In this document: positions 1 through 10,135 of the stretch, in pieces
How positions within the stretch are numbered: the first letter of the stretch is position 1
Layout of the letters: every line of letters starts with the position of its first letter
Source of the DNA: a virus
Taxonomy: Duplodnaviria; Heunggongvirae; Uroviricota; Caudoviricetes
Direction: 5' to 3' (one strand)
DNA: 64,000 bases
Virus record (IMG/VR): IMGVR_UViG_3300027819_000007
Coordinates: 83,787 to 147,786 of that record
The notes under the pieces: model-generated
Told to the model about the DNA's origin: nothing
Databases searched by the model: none
The model's input: the letters and a program-made list of their open reading frames with translations, nothing else
Translations under genes and position numbers: made by a program

Positions 1-204
1 TCCAATTCCACATGATGACCTCTATTTGAAAATATCTTGTACCTTCCCCCACAACGCTTTTACTTTGTTGACGGGTTTGGTAACGAGGGTTTCTTCGATC
101 ACATTTACGGAAGTACGAAACATGGATGCCAACATCTTCTTGGTATACCTACCAGTATCCCACAAAAGTCGTATCAGTTGTTTTTGTCGAGGAGAAAGCA
201 TTGA

Positions 205-783
205 TCAGGTGTCCAGCGTGTTATCATACAAGAGTGCTCCTACCGCTCCTGTCCCGGCTGCTGTTCCTCCCTGAGCAGTTCCACCCCCCCACGGATCATT
301 AGTATAAGGGATAGCTTTCCACTTCAAAGTAATAATGCTTCTCTCGGTCCCAATAGGGAAGTCTTGATCTCCGAGCAAGTAGGTGTAATAAAATCGCCAC
401 GGTTTCGCTGATACAGGTCCAGATAAATTCAATCCGATAAAATGGTTGGTGGCTGCAAATCGAGCTGCATTGTTTCCCAATCGTGCTCCTGCTCTAGCCA
501 TCGTACCAGGAGCCGAGGATCCTCCTTGACTTTCTTGCAAACAATAATCAATAACGGTTCTATCAAAGTGAACAAGGGTCATGGTAATGTCTGCATCGGC
601 AAGGAAAGTCTGAACCTCAAAAGCTGGTCCTCTTCCTTCCCGTCCCCAGGCATCGGCATTGACATCCATATGTTTGGGGTTCAAACGGATATGGATAGAG
701 TTGTCAGCTAATCCAAGTTGGGTAAGGGAAGAAATACTACTTCCAGAAGCCCCCTTTACGGATACCATGACTTCACCTTGCAC
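205..783 (-). CDS. putative virion structural protein (tail tube-like?), paralog of 830..1420
   Basis: 192 aa. Shares motifs with the neighbouring ORF ('IGTERS..L.W.AIPY', C-terminal 'LLYDNTLDT' versus 'ILFDDTLDV'). Sits at the distal end of the structural operon after the capsid genes. Confidence 0.45.
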   Translation of the reverse strand: MQGEVMVSVKGASGSSISSLTQLGLADNSIHIRLNPKHMDVNADAWGREGRGPAFEVQTFLADADITMTLVHFDRTVIDYCLQESQGGSSAPGTMARAGARLGNNAARFAATNHFIGLNLSGPVSAKPWRFYYTYLLGDQDFPIGTERSIITLKWKAIPYTNDPWGGGTAQGGTAAGTGAVGALLYDNTLDT

Positions 784-829
784 GAAAGATGTCTCTAGCC
801 ATAGCCAGAGTCTCCTTTCAATCTAAAAA

Positions 830-1420
830 TCAAACATCAAGCGTATCATCAAAAAGGATGGCATTCGTAGAGGTGATTTCAGTGCTAGACGTAAAGTTGT
901 TCGTACTGAAGTAAGGAATAGCTCGCCAATGGAGTTTGACTAAACTTCTTTCTGTCCCAATGGGTAGTTCATAGGGCATATCTGCCAAGTACGAACTTGG
1001 GAATCGATAGGTAGCCGGTATGTCGGTCCCAGCGTTAGGACTGTTCAAGTTCAAACTGATGTAGTGATTGAGGACATTACTTTGAGGCTTACTACCTCCC
1101 ATTGGAGTTCCTGCTCCCTTCATATTTCCAAATGAAGTTGCTCCCCCCATCGATTCCCGTACACATCGTTTCAGTACAACATCGTCCCAATGTACTAACG
1201 TCATTCTGATGGATGCTTCCCCAAGCATCCACAAAGTTTCGGCGGGAACTTTATTCGCATAGTCATCTACGGAGACATCAAGGTGATTCAACTTAAAAGA
1301 AATGATGATGGGATCAACCGAAAGACCAAGTTCAAACACTCCTTTGAAATCAGTCCCCGTAGCAGTGATGGTTTTTACGTAGACTAAGCATTCTCCATAA
1401 ATCTGAATATCGCGGGACAC
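830..1420 (-). CDS. putative virion structural protein, paralog of 205..783
   Basis: 196 aa. Clear paralog of the downstream ORF, sharing 'IGTERSLVKLHWRAIPYF' and the same C-terminal motif. Tandem duplication. Confidence 0.45.
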   Translation of the reverse strand: MSRDIQIYGECLVYVKTITATGTDFKGVFELGLSVDPIIISFKLNHLDVSVDDYANKVPAETLWMLGEASIRMTLVHWDDVVLKRCVRESMGGATSFGNMKGAGTPMGGSKPQSNVLNHYISLNLNSPNAGTDIPATYRFPSSYLADMPYELPIGTERSLVKLHWRAIPYFSTNNFTSSTEITSTNAILFDDTLDV

Positions 1421-1430
1421 TCTGCATTCC

Positions 1431-1808
1431 TCAGTTCAATCGTTTGCAGGGGATGCACCAGTGTTCTTCTATTAGCTGACTGACAATAACTTCTGGACTC
1501 TCTGGTTGCCATGTTCTTCCATCAGTATCCACAAAGCGGTCCAAAACATTGATGTTACTAACTCCGATGCGACTGAACTCTGATTGGGGAATGTGAACCT
1601 GGCGAGTATTGTTGGAACTCATACTCCCAGCTAAAGATTGTCCACCCTTCCATATTCTTGTCCATCTTGCATTGAAGATCTTGTAGGCTGTTACTGTTCC
1701 CTGTTGTTGATCATCTCCTCGTTTCAACAACGTCACAGTCTGGAGACACCCTACCCCGGCATAAAGTCGTTTATGAAAACTCCTGAAGTCTTGAGCATTG
1801 AGCACCAT
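1431..1808 (-). CDS. hypothetical virion-module protein
   Basis: 125 aa ORF tightly packed in the structural operon; no recognisable motif. Confidence 0.35.
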   Translation of the reverse strand: MVLNAQDFRSFHKRLYAGVGCLQTVTLLKRGDDQQQGTVTAYKIFNARWTRIWKGGQSLAGSMSSNNTRQVHIPQSEFSRIGVSNINVLDRFVDTDGRTWQPESPEVIVSQLIEEHWCIPCKRLN

Positions 1809-2024
1809 CTATTTCAAACCTTCCTCATACAACTGCCACTGCAATCCTCGACATAGTTCCTGATCCGAAGGCTTCATCTTTTCTACAATGGAGAACATTT
1901 GATGGGACAAGGTATCTTGCTTGTTGAGTTTACTCTCCATCTCCTCTTCTGTCTTCCACTTAGTGCGGATGACTTGGTGGTAGTTCTTGAGGAGTTCATG
2001 GTAGCTGGAAACTTGTTGGTTCAT
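1809..2024 (-). CDS. hypothetical small protein
   Basis: 71 aa ORF. Its stop abuts the start of 1431..1808, suggesting translational coupling. Confidence 0.3.
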   Translation of the reverse strand: MNQQVSSYHELLKNYHQVIRTKWKTEEEMESKLNKQDTLSHQMFSIVEKMKPSDQELCRGLQWQLYEEGLK

Positions 2025-2031
2025 GGTAGTC

Positions 2032-2709
2032 TCACATCACGTAGTTTCGAAATCCGCAGATCATAGGTTCAATCATCGATAGGAGTGGTTTCTTCTGTGG
2101 AAGTTGGTAAGTAACTCCTCTTTCTTCGTAGTTTTCACCAGCTAGTAAAAATCCTAGTGGGAACAACTGTTTCAATTCTGCTACTAAGGTATTGCAAGCT
2201 AATCGAAGTGGTGCGGGTAAAGTATCTTGAGTGTAACCAGCCGTGTAGATTATCTTGATTATTCCAAAGGATTCACCCACAAAGGGAGAGAGATAACCAG
2301 TTTGTCTCAAACCTCTCTTGGGCCAGTAGTCATTGATCCGAAGGAGGATACCACTCCTACTACTTCCATCATCCTGGTCAATCTCCAGGGCAAAGTCAGT
2401 TCCATAGGTGAGAGCATTACTACTACTAAAAGAGTCGGTTACACTTCCATACCAGGCTCCGGAGTCTTTCCATGCTTGGATGGTAGGAGAAGTAAATACA
2501 GGTCTGGCTCGGAGGAGTAATTTGGGAGTACCACTCCCTTTGTAATATTGAGTGCGTGACTGATAATTAATTTGGCCAACGCGGTTGAGACTTTCCTCAA
2601 TCCATGCACTTGCCATTTCAATGAAGAAACCCAGACGAAGATCCTCAGAGGTATCTGCTGGATCAATCTGTAGGAAGACCTTACACTCGTTTACATCAGT
2701 CAATCTCAC
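2032..2709 (-). CDS. putative head-tail joining/structural protein
   Basis: 225 aa ORF downstream of the capsid gene; function assigned from position only. Confidence 0.35.
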   Translation of the reverse strand: MRLTDVNECKVFLQIDPADTSEDLRLGFFIEMASAWIEESLNRVGQINYQSRTQYYKGSGTPKLLLRARPVFTSPTIQAWKDSGAWYGSVTDSFSSSNALTYGTDFALEIDQDDGSSRSGILLRINDYWPKRGLRQTGYLSPFVGESFGIIKIIYTAGYTQDTLPAPLRLACNTLVAELKQLFPLGFLLAGENYEERGVTYQLPQKKPLLSMIEPMICGFRNYVM

Positions 2710-2829
2710 GAGTCAAGTCTCCAAGGAAATCTATAGTAAACACAAGGGATGCCCCCAAAGAGACATCCCTTGTGTTAGTTGAGGGAAAACAGCCGTGCTG
2801 TTTTGATAAATGACAAAGGTAATACTTTG

Positions 2830-3345
2830 TCACACTGATAGCGAACCAGACCCAGGCAAAAACGAAAATCCGTGGCCTGAACCAGTGACCTTCTTCTGGC
2901 TGATAAAACCAGCCATCAGAATTTCAGCACCAATAGCTCCACCTGAAAGGTTCAAACGAGCATAGCGGTGCGGTTTCTGGAAGTGGAAGAACTGGATACC
3001 TCCGGAACACATCAAAGGACCATCATTCAAAGGAGAGGAAGGAGAATTATATCCAGAAGCATACAGTCCAGAATTGGCCCAGAAAATACCACCAGAAGCT
3101 ACTCCATCAGGAAGCCCTCCACCCTCCCACAATCCAGAAGTTGGATCGGAGAAGGTTCCTGATGTAGTAACATCAGCAGTTTGGATGAAGATAGGAGCCA
3201 GACCACTAAGAGCCGTAGCTGCTACCCATCCAATACAGTTTGTATCTGCCCCCAGAAGGTCGATGATACGACCTACGGCGGTGTTTGATCCGCTCAAACT
3301 GATAAGCGACACCTGATAGTCACAGGTATTGCCAATGTCGATCAC
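2830..3345 (-). CDS. Gly/Ser-rich putative capsid-associated (decoration-like) protein
   Basis: 171 aa. Gly/Ser-rich low-complexity sequence lying immediately after the major capsid gene. Confidence 0.4.
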   Translation of the reverse strand: MIDIGNTCDYQVSLISLSGSNTAVGRIIDLLGADTNCIGWVAATALSGLAPIFIQTADVTTSGTFSDPTSGLWEGGGLPDGVASGGIFWANSGLYASGYNSPSSPLNDGPLMCSGGIQFFHFQKPHRYARLNLSGGAIGAEILMAGFISQKKVTGSGHGFSFLPGSGSLSV

Positions 3346-3408
3346 AGTATTTGCGCTAATCTAAGTATCCTCCTAAATCTCAGCAAGAGTGCTGATGGTT
3401 AAGATTTA

Positions 3409-4860
3409 TCAACCCGTGACGATCAAATTATCTAAAAGGCTAAAAGCAGCAGCATGCCGCAGAGCAATATCGCAGGACAAAATTCCACGAACCCAAGTTT
3501 GGTCATTGGTAAAGGAGGTATCACCCAAAGTGGTAGCTGCAAACTCAATGGCTCCAAACATACCAATGAGCATATCGCTCCACATTCCACCCAGGATGTA
3601 GGTAAGAGTTGAAGAAGAACCCTTGGAACGAACCTGAGAAACCTGAGTGGACTTGGTCACCTTCTGTCCAGCAATGGTGGCTTCCACCTTGTCACCGGCT
3701 TCCCGGATCAGGTTGAACAGGAACGGTCCCATCTTATCGCCCTGTGCCACAGCATCGGTCCTAAGCTGGTAGGTACGATACAAGGTCTTGGGTCGCATGA
3801 TGAACCCCTCGAACTCGGCATTGGCCTCTTCCACCGAAGCGATCATACGGTAGAAGTCATTGGCTACCAGCTGGTCTCCGTCAACTCCAGTGGAGCTAGA
3901 AACCACCGTGTTAATACCCAGAGTGTTAAGAACACCACGAGGACGGGTATCCCCACCATTACCTTCCAGTCCGGCCAGGTCCAGTCCCAGAGCCAGGGAC
4001 TTGGTCATGTCGTCCCGCAGCAGGGCTTCTGCAGCAGGGGAGGCAAAACGAATGAGTTCGTTGGGAGCCTTGATGAGAACTGCCAGCTTCTTGGCCTGGA
4101 GGGTGACTTCACCCGTTCCCACCAACGATTCGGTAATAGCCGCATTCTCACCAACCCAATAGGTGTTAGAAGGAGTGGTCTGGCGAGGATACTTTAGTCG
4201 TCCCTGGGGAGGAAGGGGAACCGTCTTGGCTCCTGCATTGACCAAAGCTTCCTTGTTACGGAGCAGCTCGATCAATTCACCCATCTCTGGGGGTGCCACC
4301 AAGGCTCCACCCGTAATTTCGTTAATCCAGCTCAAAGCCTTGCTGCCGTATCCCATGCTCTGAAGCTGCTTGGTACGGATCCAATTCATTTCACCAGGAT
4401 CAACTCCTTCCATACCGGCCCGAACTGCCTGCCGCATTTCCGAACGGAAGTCACGGGGAACAATTCGATCCTGCATATAGGAAGTGCTCAAGGGAGCCAT
4501 GAAGCGATGGATACCTTCATGTCCGGTTCCACCATAGGTGTAACCAGCATCGCCCAACGACTTACAATAAACTCCGTGGAGTCTATTGTGGAAGTCAATT
4601 TCCATCTTGGCTTCGTCACGGGGAACAGCTCCGGTAAGGACACCCATCATTTTCATGAATGAGTAACCACGGGAACCCATGCTGTCTTCACCGTTGCGAA
4701 CATTGGGAACTCCCCACTGCTGTTGGTTAGGGTCGGGATGACCCGCCATACGGGTTTTCTTGAGAGTATCAACCAAGTCGTCAATACTCTTGGTCATAAC
4801 AGCAAGCCCTTCCGCATTCTTTTGCGTCTGGGCTGCCAGGTCGGACAATTCAATGCCCAT
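3409..4860 (-). CDS. major capsid protein, HK97 fold
   Basis: 483 aa. Has an N-terminal coiled-coil delta-like segment and HK97-family capsid signatures (Gly-rich core, 'EEANAEFEGFIMRP..'). Lies directly after the scaffold and protease genes, as in HK97-type head modules. Confidence 0.8.
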   Translation of the reverse strand: MGIELSDLAAQTQKNAEGLAVMTKSIDDLVDTLKKTRMAGHPDPNQQQWGVPNVRNGEDSMGSRGYSFMKMMGVLTGAVPRDEAKMEIDFHNRLHGVYCKSLGDAGYTYGGTGHEGIHRFMAPLSTSYMQDRIVPRDFRSEMRQAVRAGMEGVDPGEMNWIRTKQLQSMGYGSKALSWINEITGGALVAPPEMGELIELLRNKEALVNAGAKTVPLPPQGRLKYPRQTTPSNTYWVGENAAITESLVGTGEVTLQAKKLAVLIKAPNELIRFASPAAEALLRDDMTKSLALGLDLAGLEGNGGDTRPRGVLNTLGINTVVSSSTGVDGDQLVANDFYRMIASVEEANAEFEGFIMRPKTLYRTYQLRTDAVAQGDKMGPFLFNLIREAGDKVEATIAGQKVTKSTQVSQVRSKGSSSTLTYILGGMWSDMLIGMFGAIEFAATTLGDTSFTNDQTWVRGILSCDIALRHAAAFSLLDNLIVTG

Positions 4861-4965
4861 TAGTCAGTTGCCTCCGAAAAAGGATCTTACTTTCTAGTTC
4901 CAGGCAACAACATGGGATTGTGTTGCCAACTTCTCTGTTCAATCGGCCCCGTTTATTTGCACTGC

Positions 4966-6678
4966 TTAGGTGGATTTACCGTTGGTACTGTTGATGTGTT
5001 CCGTAAGGGAGGAGAGTTTCTTGGCTAGCTCGGACATGGCTTTACTTTGTTGTTCAGTCGTTTCCAGCAATTGCTTGACCTCTGCTTCGGGCTGAGACTT
5101 CTTGTCCTTCTTTTTCTTTTCCTCTTCCTTCTTCTTGTCACTTTCTTCCTTGTCAGTGGCTCCCTCAAACTTTGCCTTGTGCCAACCCTTGGCTCGTTCT
5201 CGGTGCTTATCACCGAAGTCCTTGGCCTGGGACAGTTCGTCCAGGAACTTGCTGAACTCCAGGCACTTAGCTCGGTCCTCATGCAAGTCAGTTGGCTTTT
5301 CGTCAATTGACTTACCGAACTCAGTAAGTCCCGCATAGGCAATATCAAACAAGGTCTTACTATAGTGGAATGCCTTAGCCCGCATGGGTTCGTCGGAGAA
5401 CGCCTTAGTAGCCACATCCCCCATGAAGTCCTTTACTTCCTCCAGGTGCTTGAGTTCTGGATTCTTCAAAGGACTTCGATGGGTAGTCTTATGGAAACTA
5501 CCTTGCTGTTCATTGGCCAAGTTGGTGTTAGTGGGTTGTCCATTCTGGGGAGCTACATTGCCATTCTGATTGGGATTCTGAGGCATTCCCGGAGCCGAGA
5601 AGACTTTCTTCTTACTCCCAACACACTTGCAGGGATCACTCTTACAATCCCCACACATAGACTTCTTACGTCCACCCCACTTAGGAGCTTGTCCCAACTT
5701 GGACCAGCCAGGCTTCTTCTTGAGGGAAGGGAACTTACCTCCCTTGAGAGCCTTGGCTGCTTTCCAACGGAGGTAGTCCTGATAAGCCTTGCTCTTGGCA
5801 AGTTGTGAAGGACGTCGGGGGAGGGACTTTTCACTTGCCTTCTTTTTGGCCTTGTCCTCGGCTACTTTACTCATCCCCTCAATGGCATCGTCTGCACTAG
5901 GCTCGTCCTCATCTCGTTCGTCGGTATCACTTTCACTTTCCAACTCATTGGGAGAGTCGGCATTGTCATCTTCAATCTTTTCTACTTCCTCCAGGTCTTC
6001 CTCTTCCAAGGCTCCTTCCAATCCAGGAAGGTCGGTATGGAACTTAATGAAGATCTCTTCTACTTCCTCCAGGAACTCTTCCAAGGTTTCCAGTTTCTTC
6101 TGGATGAGGGAGTCTACTTCCTCATTTTCCAACATACCCCGCATGTCATCGTACTCTTCCATCAGGATCAAACCATCCTGGTGAAGGCGACGAAGGACTT
6201 GTGCCGAGTACTTCTCCCCTCCTTCTTCGGGAGCAATGTCGTCCATCTCTCCTTCGTCGGAAAGTTCATCCATTTCTCCTTCCTCAAACTGACCATCGCC
6301 AGGAAGATCGTCCATACCTTCCATCCCCATGTCCCCTTCGGGTGGGAGATCGTCCATCTCTTCGTCTTCTACAGCCTTTCGACGCATACGGAGGTTTTTG
6401 ATCTTACTCATAGATTTTTTCCTTCTTTGGTTCCACTTTTCCCATACTTTTTTGGCTTCTTCTGCGGTTTTGTAAACTCCTTGAACAGGAGCTACTTGCT
6501 GTCCTGTAGTCTGCTCAACAATAGCAAATCCCCCATGAACGGGAGAAATTCTATAGTTGTTACCTTTCTTAACCTCTTCATCGGAAGATACTCTTTCTGC
6601 TACCCCTTCATATTTCCGATGTTTAGGATTGGGAAACTTTTTCTTTTTGAGGTACTTGTCGTAGGACTTTCCAGCCAT
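4966..6678 (-). CDS. scaffolding-like protein (highly charged, coiled-coil)
   Basis: 570 aa. Very acidic repeats ('EGEMDELSDEGEMDD') next to Lys-rich stretches and a 'CGDCKSDPCKC' cluster. Sits between protease and capsid genes. Carries a 'SKIKNLRMRRK' copy of the recurring basic motif. Confidence 0.5.
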   Translation of the reverse strand: MAGKSYDKYLKKKKFPNPKHRKYEGVAERVSSDEEVKKGNNYRISPVHGGFAIVEQTTGQQVAPVQGVYKTAEEAKKVWEKWNQRRKKSMSKIKNLRMRRKAVEDEEMDDLPPEGDMGMEGMDDLPGDGQFEEGEMDELSDEGEMDDIAPEEGGEKYSAQVLRRLHQDGLILMEEYDDMRGMLENEEVDSLIQKKLETLEEFLEEVEEIFIKFHTDLPGLEGALEEEDLEEVEKIEDDNADSPNELESESDTDERDEDEPSADDAIEGMSKVAEDKAKKKASEKSLPRRPSQLAKSKAYQDYLRWKAAKALKGGKFPSLKKKPGWSKLGQAPKWGGRKKSMCGDCKSDPCKCVGSKKKVFSAPGMPQNPNQNGNVAPQNGQPTNTNLANEQQGSFHKTTHRSPLKNPELKHLEEVKDFMGDVATKAFSDEPMRAKAFHYSKTLFDIAYAGLTEFGKSIDEKPTDLHEDRAKCLEFSKFLDELSQAKDFGDKHRERAKGWHKAKFEGATDKEESDKKKEEEKKKKDKKSQPEAEVKQLLETTEQQSKAMSELAKKLSSLTEHINSTNGKST

Positions 6679-6691
6679 GTTTTATCTTCCT

Positions 6692-9523
6692 TTATTGGTT
6701 CATTTGACGGTAAATATCTGCTGCCCTAGGTTTTGGAGATTGTGGCTGTGTTTTTGGAGGAGTCTTTTTTGATGGAAGTTTAATAGCTACATCAATCTTG
6801 ACGCCATAACGAGTTTGTGATGCAACTCTTCCTTGTTCATAATAGAAAGTGTATTTCGATGAGGTGATGACGATTTTATCATCTTCGGTGATTGTTTCAT
6901 CTCCCACCAATTTCTCTTTTACTTTCTCCTCAACAAAGGAATCAATGGCTGCTTTGTTTTTTGGTCCGTCAAATCCTACATAAACTGTAGCCTTGCCGTT
7001 AGATGGACCATTTAGAGAGAATCCATTTGACTCATCCGTACCAAAAGTTCTTTGAAACTTTCCTGCTTCTAGAGGAATAGCTGTCTTGGGAGATTCCCCA
7101 TTAGCAGATTGTCGAACGTTTCTGATTCCTATTTTGTCATGGTTTGGAATTTTCTGAACATCAGCGTCGTCTTTTGTTCGTCCAAAAGGGAGATTCTTCC
7201 TCCTCATCCTCAAACCATACTTACAGGCCAGCCTATCGGCGTGGGGATCGTGCCCTCGAAGTTTAACCTTGTGTCCACGATCAAACTTTCCAAGGTGGTG
7301 GAACTCCAAACCCATTGATTCTGCCTCTTTGCGAAAGGCATCAATGTCCTTAGCATGGGCAAAAACAATGGTAGTTCCTGGAGAACTCCTCTTGATCCGT
7401 CTCCGAAACCCCTTGGGATTGACTCGATACTTTTGACGGAGACTTTTTTGATGCAGATGTTTTGGACCACCTCTCCTTCCTCCTCTTACGGTAGCATCGT
7501 GGGAGTTTGGAGAATTTCCAGAAGTAGAAGGTTGTCTCTCAAATGTTTCGTTACTGAAAGCAAGTCCGGTAAGGAGATCATCGGCTGCCTCCATAGCTAC
7601 TTTTTTGTTACGGAGACCTCTCTTGGTGGTGACCCACATCTCCTGATCATCGTCCCACTTGACTACTCGCCAAGTTCCATCATTGTCAGGACATATTTGA
7701 ATTTCGTGATAAGGATTGTCACTAACGGCAACACAAGCGTTTGCTCGGAATTTTGGTTGTGGTTGGTTTGCTTTGGCGAAAGCCTTCTTCTTGAAAGGCT
7801 TTATATTTTCATGCTGGCCAAGTCCACAGAAGTCCTCAACCTTCTGTTTTTCTTTTACCACTTTTTTACCATGATGGACGTCACCACTGATGTTAGTGAG
7901 GAGGGGGACTTTTCTTTTCTTGGGAGCTTCTTCTGCCAACTCTACTTGGTTGTCACGGGACTGACCAAATTTCTTCATTCCCTTCTTATTCTGGGAATGA
8001 AACTTCACTAGGTCTAGTGCATTTTCAACCGAATCAACATTATTCCAATCATTGTCCCAGGAACCCTTGAGGAATAATTCTCCGGTTTTGATGTGTTTAG
8101 CAATCACATATCCTGGACCTTGTTTCACTACCTTCAAAGAAGATGGAACTTTGATTTCATCGTGAGAGGCAGTCCGTTGGTATGGTTGTTGTCCAGGATG
8201 TTTCTTGATGTGCTTGCGATCATGTTGTCGAGCATAGCACGAAGTACAGAGGTGTCCTTTAGGAGTCATTCCCATTTGACTTCGTGGCTTCCTCTTTTCA
8301 CAGGAGTAACAAACTGCATTAGGTTCTTTGCTGTTAGGATGAGATTGCCACTGTGCAGTAGATTCTTGCTCAACACCAGCCTTCTTATGGTACTTGAGAC
8401 TAAGTGATTTCTTGTGTTCCATTTCCTGCTCTTCTTCCTTCAACCAATTCAAATCCCCAACAATTTTCTTGTACCTCTTGTAGTAACGGAGACGAGAGGG
8501 TTTGATGTTCTTGAACTGCTTCCCCTTAACGATTTGTACATGGCCTGGTTTCATCTTAGGACCAGGGATCTTGGTCTTACTCAAATCACCATGAGGAATA
8601 GGGGTGGACTTCTTTCCTTCTTGCTCCTTCTTCTCTTCATCTTCCTTTTTCTTATCTCGCAGTTCATCGAACCTACGAGCCAACTCGTCCAGTAGTTGTT
8701 GAGTTTCTTGGGTAGTGGTTTCTGGTTTGGGACAAGCTTTCTGTTCTACCACATCACTGAATCCAACCACGGTCTTTGTCTCCGGAACATCATAAGCCGT
8801 CAAACTCTTTACCAAGTAAGGAGAAATCTTCTTTCCACAAATGGTAGGCATGGCCAACATTTTACGGACGGTGTCCTGGTTGGCTGGCATAACGACTGCA
8901 CTGGCTTCTAACATCAACGTAGAGTGAAGGTGCAATCCTTGAGGAGTGCCTCGCTCATAGTCGGGAGGAAGTTGAGTTGCATGAACGACTTGATAACCAA
9001 TACTTCCACTACGAATGAACTTCTTGGACCAGAGGTCGAAAGTCTGCTCGCAGAAAACTGCGTGGTCGTATTCCTGACCCTTGTCTACTTGGGTAAGTCC
9101 TCGTCCTTGGTAAATGAAAGCCTTGACCTTGGCTTCCTTGGAGACAGTGTCGATAGTTACCGTATACGCACTGGTTTTTGGGTCTTCGGCTAGTCCAATG
9201 GGAAGGGTAACTGCTTTACCGTGGTCAAACAAAATTACAGGATTTCGCTTATGTCTAGAGGTATCAATCCCCCCTACTTCTAATAAGTCCCCAACTCCAT
9301 CACGTCTATGTCCATCAGCAAAGGGAATAACAATGGACATCTCGGATTCGTTGACTTCCGGGTCTGCTTCTCCTACAACGTCGAGACCATACTGACCGTC
9401 CCCTGCCAACTTGTAGGCAAAGCGACTGCTGTCCAGGTTTTTATTCCTGGTGTTGAGAATATCGTAAGTTGAAATTCGAGAAGTGGATCGTAAATGAGAA
9501 GGATCTACTACAGCCACGAACAT
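6692..9523 (-). CDS. prohead protease domain fused to long basic C-terminal region (polyprotein-like)
   Basis: 943 aa. The N-terminal ~250 aa matches the HK97-family prohead protease pattern ('NPVILFDHGKAVTLPIG', 'LMLEASAVVMPANQD'). The remainder is Lys/Arg-rich and carries Cys clusters. It contains several copies of the 'KSL(S/R)LKY(H/R)KK'-type motif (near aa 341-381 and aa ~700) and a 'GLRMRRKNLP' copy. Confidence 0.6.
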   Translation of the reverse strand: MFVAVVDPSHLRSTSRISTYDILNTRNKNLDSSRFAYKLAGDGQYGLDVVGEADPEVNESEMSIVIPFADGHRRDGVGDLLEVGGIDTSRHKRNPVILFDHGKAVTLPIGLAEDPKTSAYTVTIDTVSKEAKVKAFIYQGRGLTQVDKGQEYDHAVFCEQTFDLWSKKFIRSGSIGYQVVHATQLPPDYERGTPQGLHLHSTLMLEASAVVMPANQDTVRKMLAMPTICGKKISPYLVKSLTAYDVPETKTVVGFSDVVEQKACPKPETTTQETQQLLDELARRFDELRDKKKEDEEKKEQEGKKSTPIPHGDLSKTKIPGPKMKPGHVQIVKGKQFKNIKPSRLRYYKRYKKIVGDLNWLKEEEQEMEHKKSLSLKYHKKAGVEQESTAQWQSHPNSKEPNAVCYSCEKRKPRSQMGMTPKGHLCTSCYARQHDRKHIKKHPGQQPYQRTASHDEIKVPSSLKVVKQGPGYVIAKHIKTGELFLKGSWDNDWNNVDSVENALDLVKFHSQNKKGMKKFGQSRDNQVELAEEAPKKRKVPLLTNISGDVHHGKKVVKEKQKVEDFCGLGQHENIKPFKKKAFAKANQPQPKFRANACVAVSDNPYHEIQICPDNDGTWRVVKWDDDQEMWVTTKRGLRNKKVAMEAADDLLTGLAFSNETFERQPSTSGNSPNSHDATVRGGRRGGPKHLHQKSLRQKYRVNPKGFRRRIKRSSPGTTIVFAHAKDIDAFRKEAESMGLEFHHLGKFDRGHKVKLRGHDPHADRLACKYGLRMRRKNLPFGRTKDDADVQKIPNHDKIGIRNVRQSANGESPKTAIPLEAGKFQRTFGTDESNGFSLNGPSNGKATVYVGFDGPKNKAAIDSFVEEKVKEKLVGDETITEDDKIVITSSKYTFYYEQGRVASQTRYGVKIDVAIKLPSKKTPPKTQPQSPKPRAADIYRQMNQ

Positions 9524-9582
9524 CCTCTGTCGGAGGAGTTGTAGTTGATCTTAGAAAGGTGATTGAGCTAGGAAAGGTGAGA

Positions 9583-9780
9583 CTAGCGGGGCTTGCTCTG
9601 AGGTGTGGTAATCTTTTCCATCAAGAGTTGAAGTTGACCATCATTGGTTAGAGCCAACTCAGCCATCCCAATCAAGTCTTCTACTGTCTTACAACAGGAG
9701 GAAACCTTTTGGGCAAAGGCCACTACGTCTTTGAGACTTTCACGAAAGGCGTCTTCAGTTGAAATTTTCTGGTCAGCCAT
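9583..9780 (-). CDS. hypothetical small protein
   Basis: 65 aa ORF in operon context. Confidence 0.3.
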   Translation of the reverse strand: MADQKISTEDAFRESLKDVVAFAQKVSSCCKTVEDLIGMAELALTNDGQLQLLMEKITTPQSKPR

Positions 9781-9862
9781 ATACTTGCTCCTACTAAGTT
9801 ATAGTTCATATTACTGACTGACCCATAATTATGTCAACTCGTAATGATCAAAAATCACTCTT

Positions 9863-10135
9863 TCACTTCCATTCCTGGGCTTGCTTCTTCTCCCCTTCAA
9901 CATACTCCAACTTGGCGACCCTGATTTCCTCATCGGGCATTTCTTCCTTCAGTCGTTTCATCAAGGTCTTGCGGTAGATCCCCCACCAGTCACGGTCGGT
10001 TGGTTCAGAAGGTGTTTCCATTGCTTTCACATCCTGCTGCATTCCCGCTTCACGAATTTTCTCTACTTCTTTGAGAGCTTCTTCCTGCTCAGGAGAAATA
10101 TCAATGTCTCGTCCATCATACTGTGAGTAGTTCAC
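9863..10135 (-). CDS. hypothetical acidic small protein
   Basis: 90 aa, charged. Its start overlaps the stop of the 1071-aa ORF. Confidence 0.35.
   Translation of the reverse strand: MNYSQYDGRDIDISPEQEEALKEVEKIREAGMQQDVKAMETPSEPTDRDWWGIYRKTLMKRLKEEMPDEEIRVAKLEYVEGEKKQAQEWK

Noticed and set aside
26-274. Plus-strand 82-aa ORF at the window start
   Set aside because: Largely overlaps the confident minus-strand structural gene 205..783, and sits alone on the plus strand inside a unidirectional minus-strand operon. Likely a shadow ORF.
5025-6729. Multiple overlapping ORFs on both strands inside the scaffold-like gene (e.g. 5365..5808+, 6037..6729+, 5553..5834-)
   Set aside because: Artefacts of the highly repetitive GAG/GAA/AAG-rich scaffold coding sequence; no independent support.
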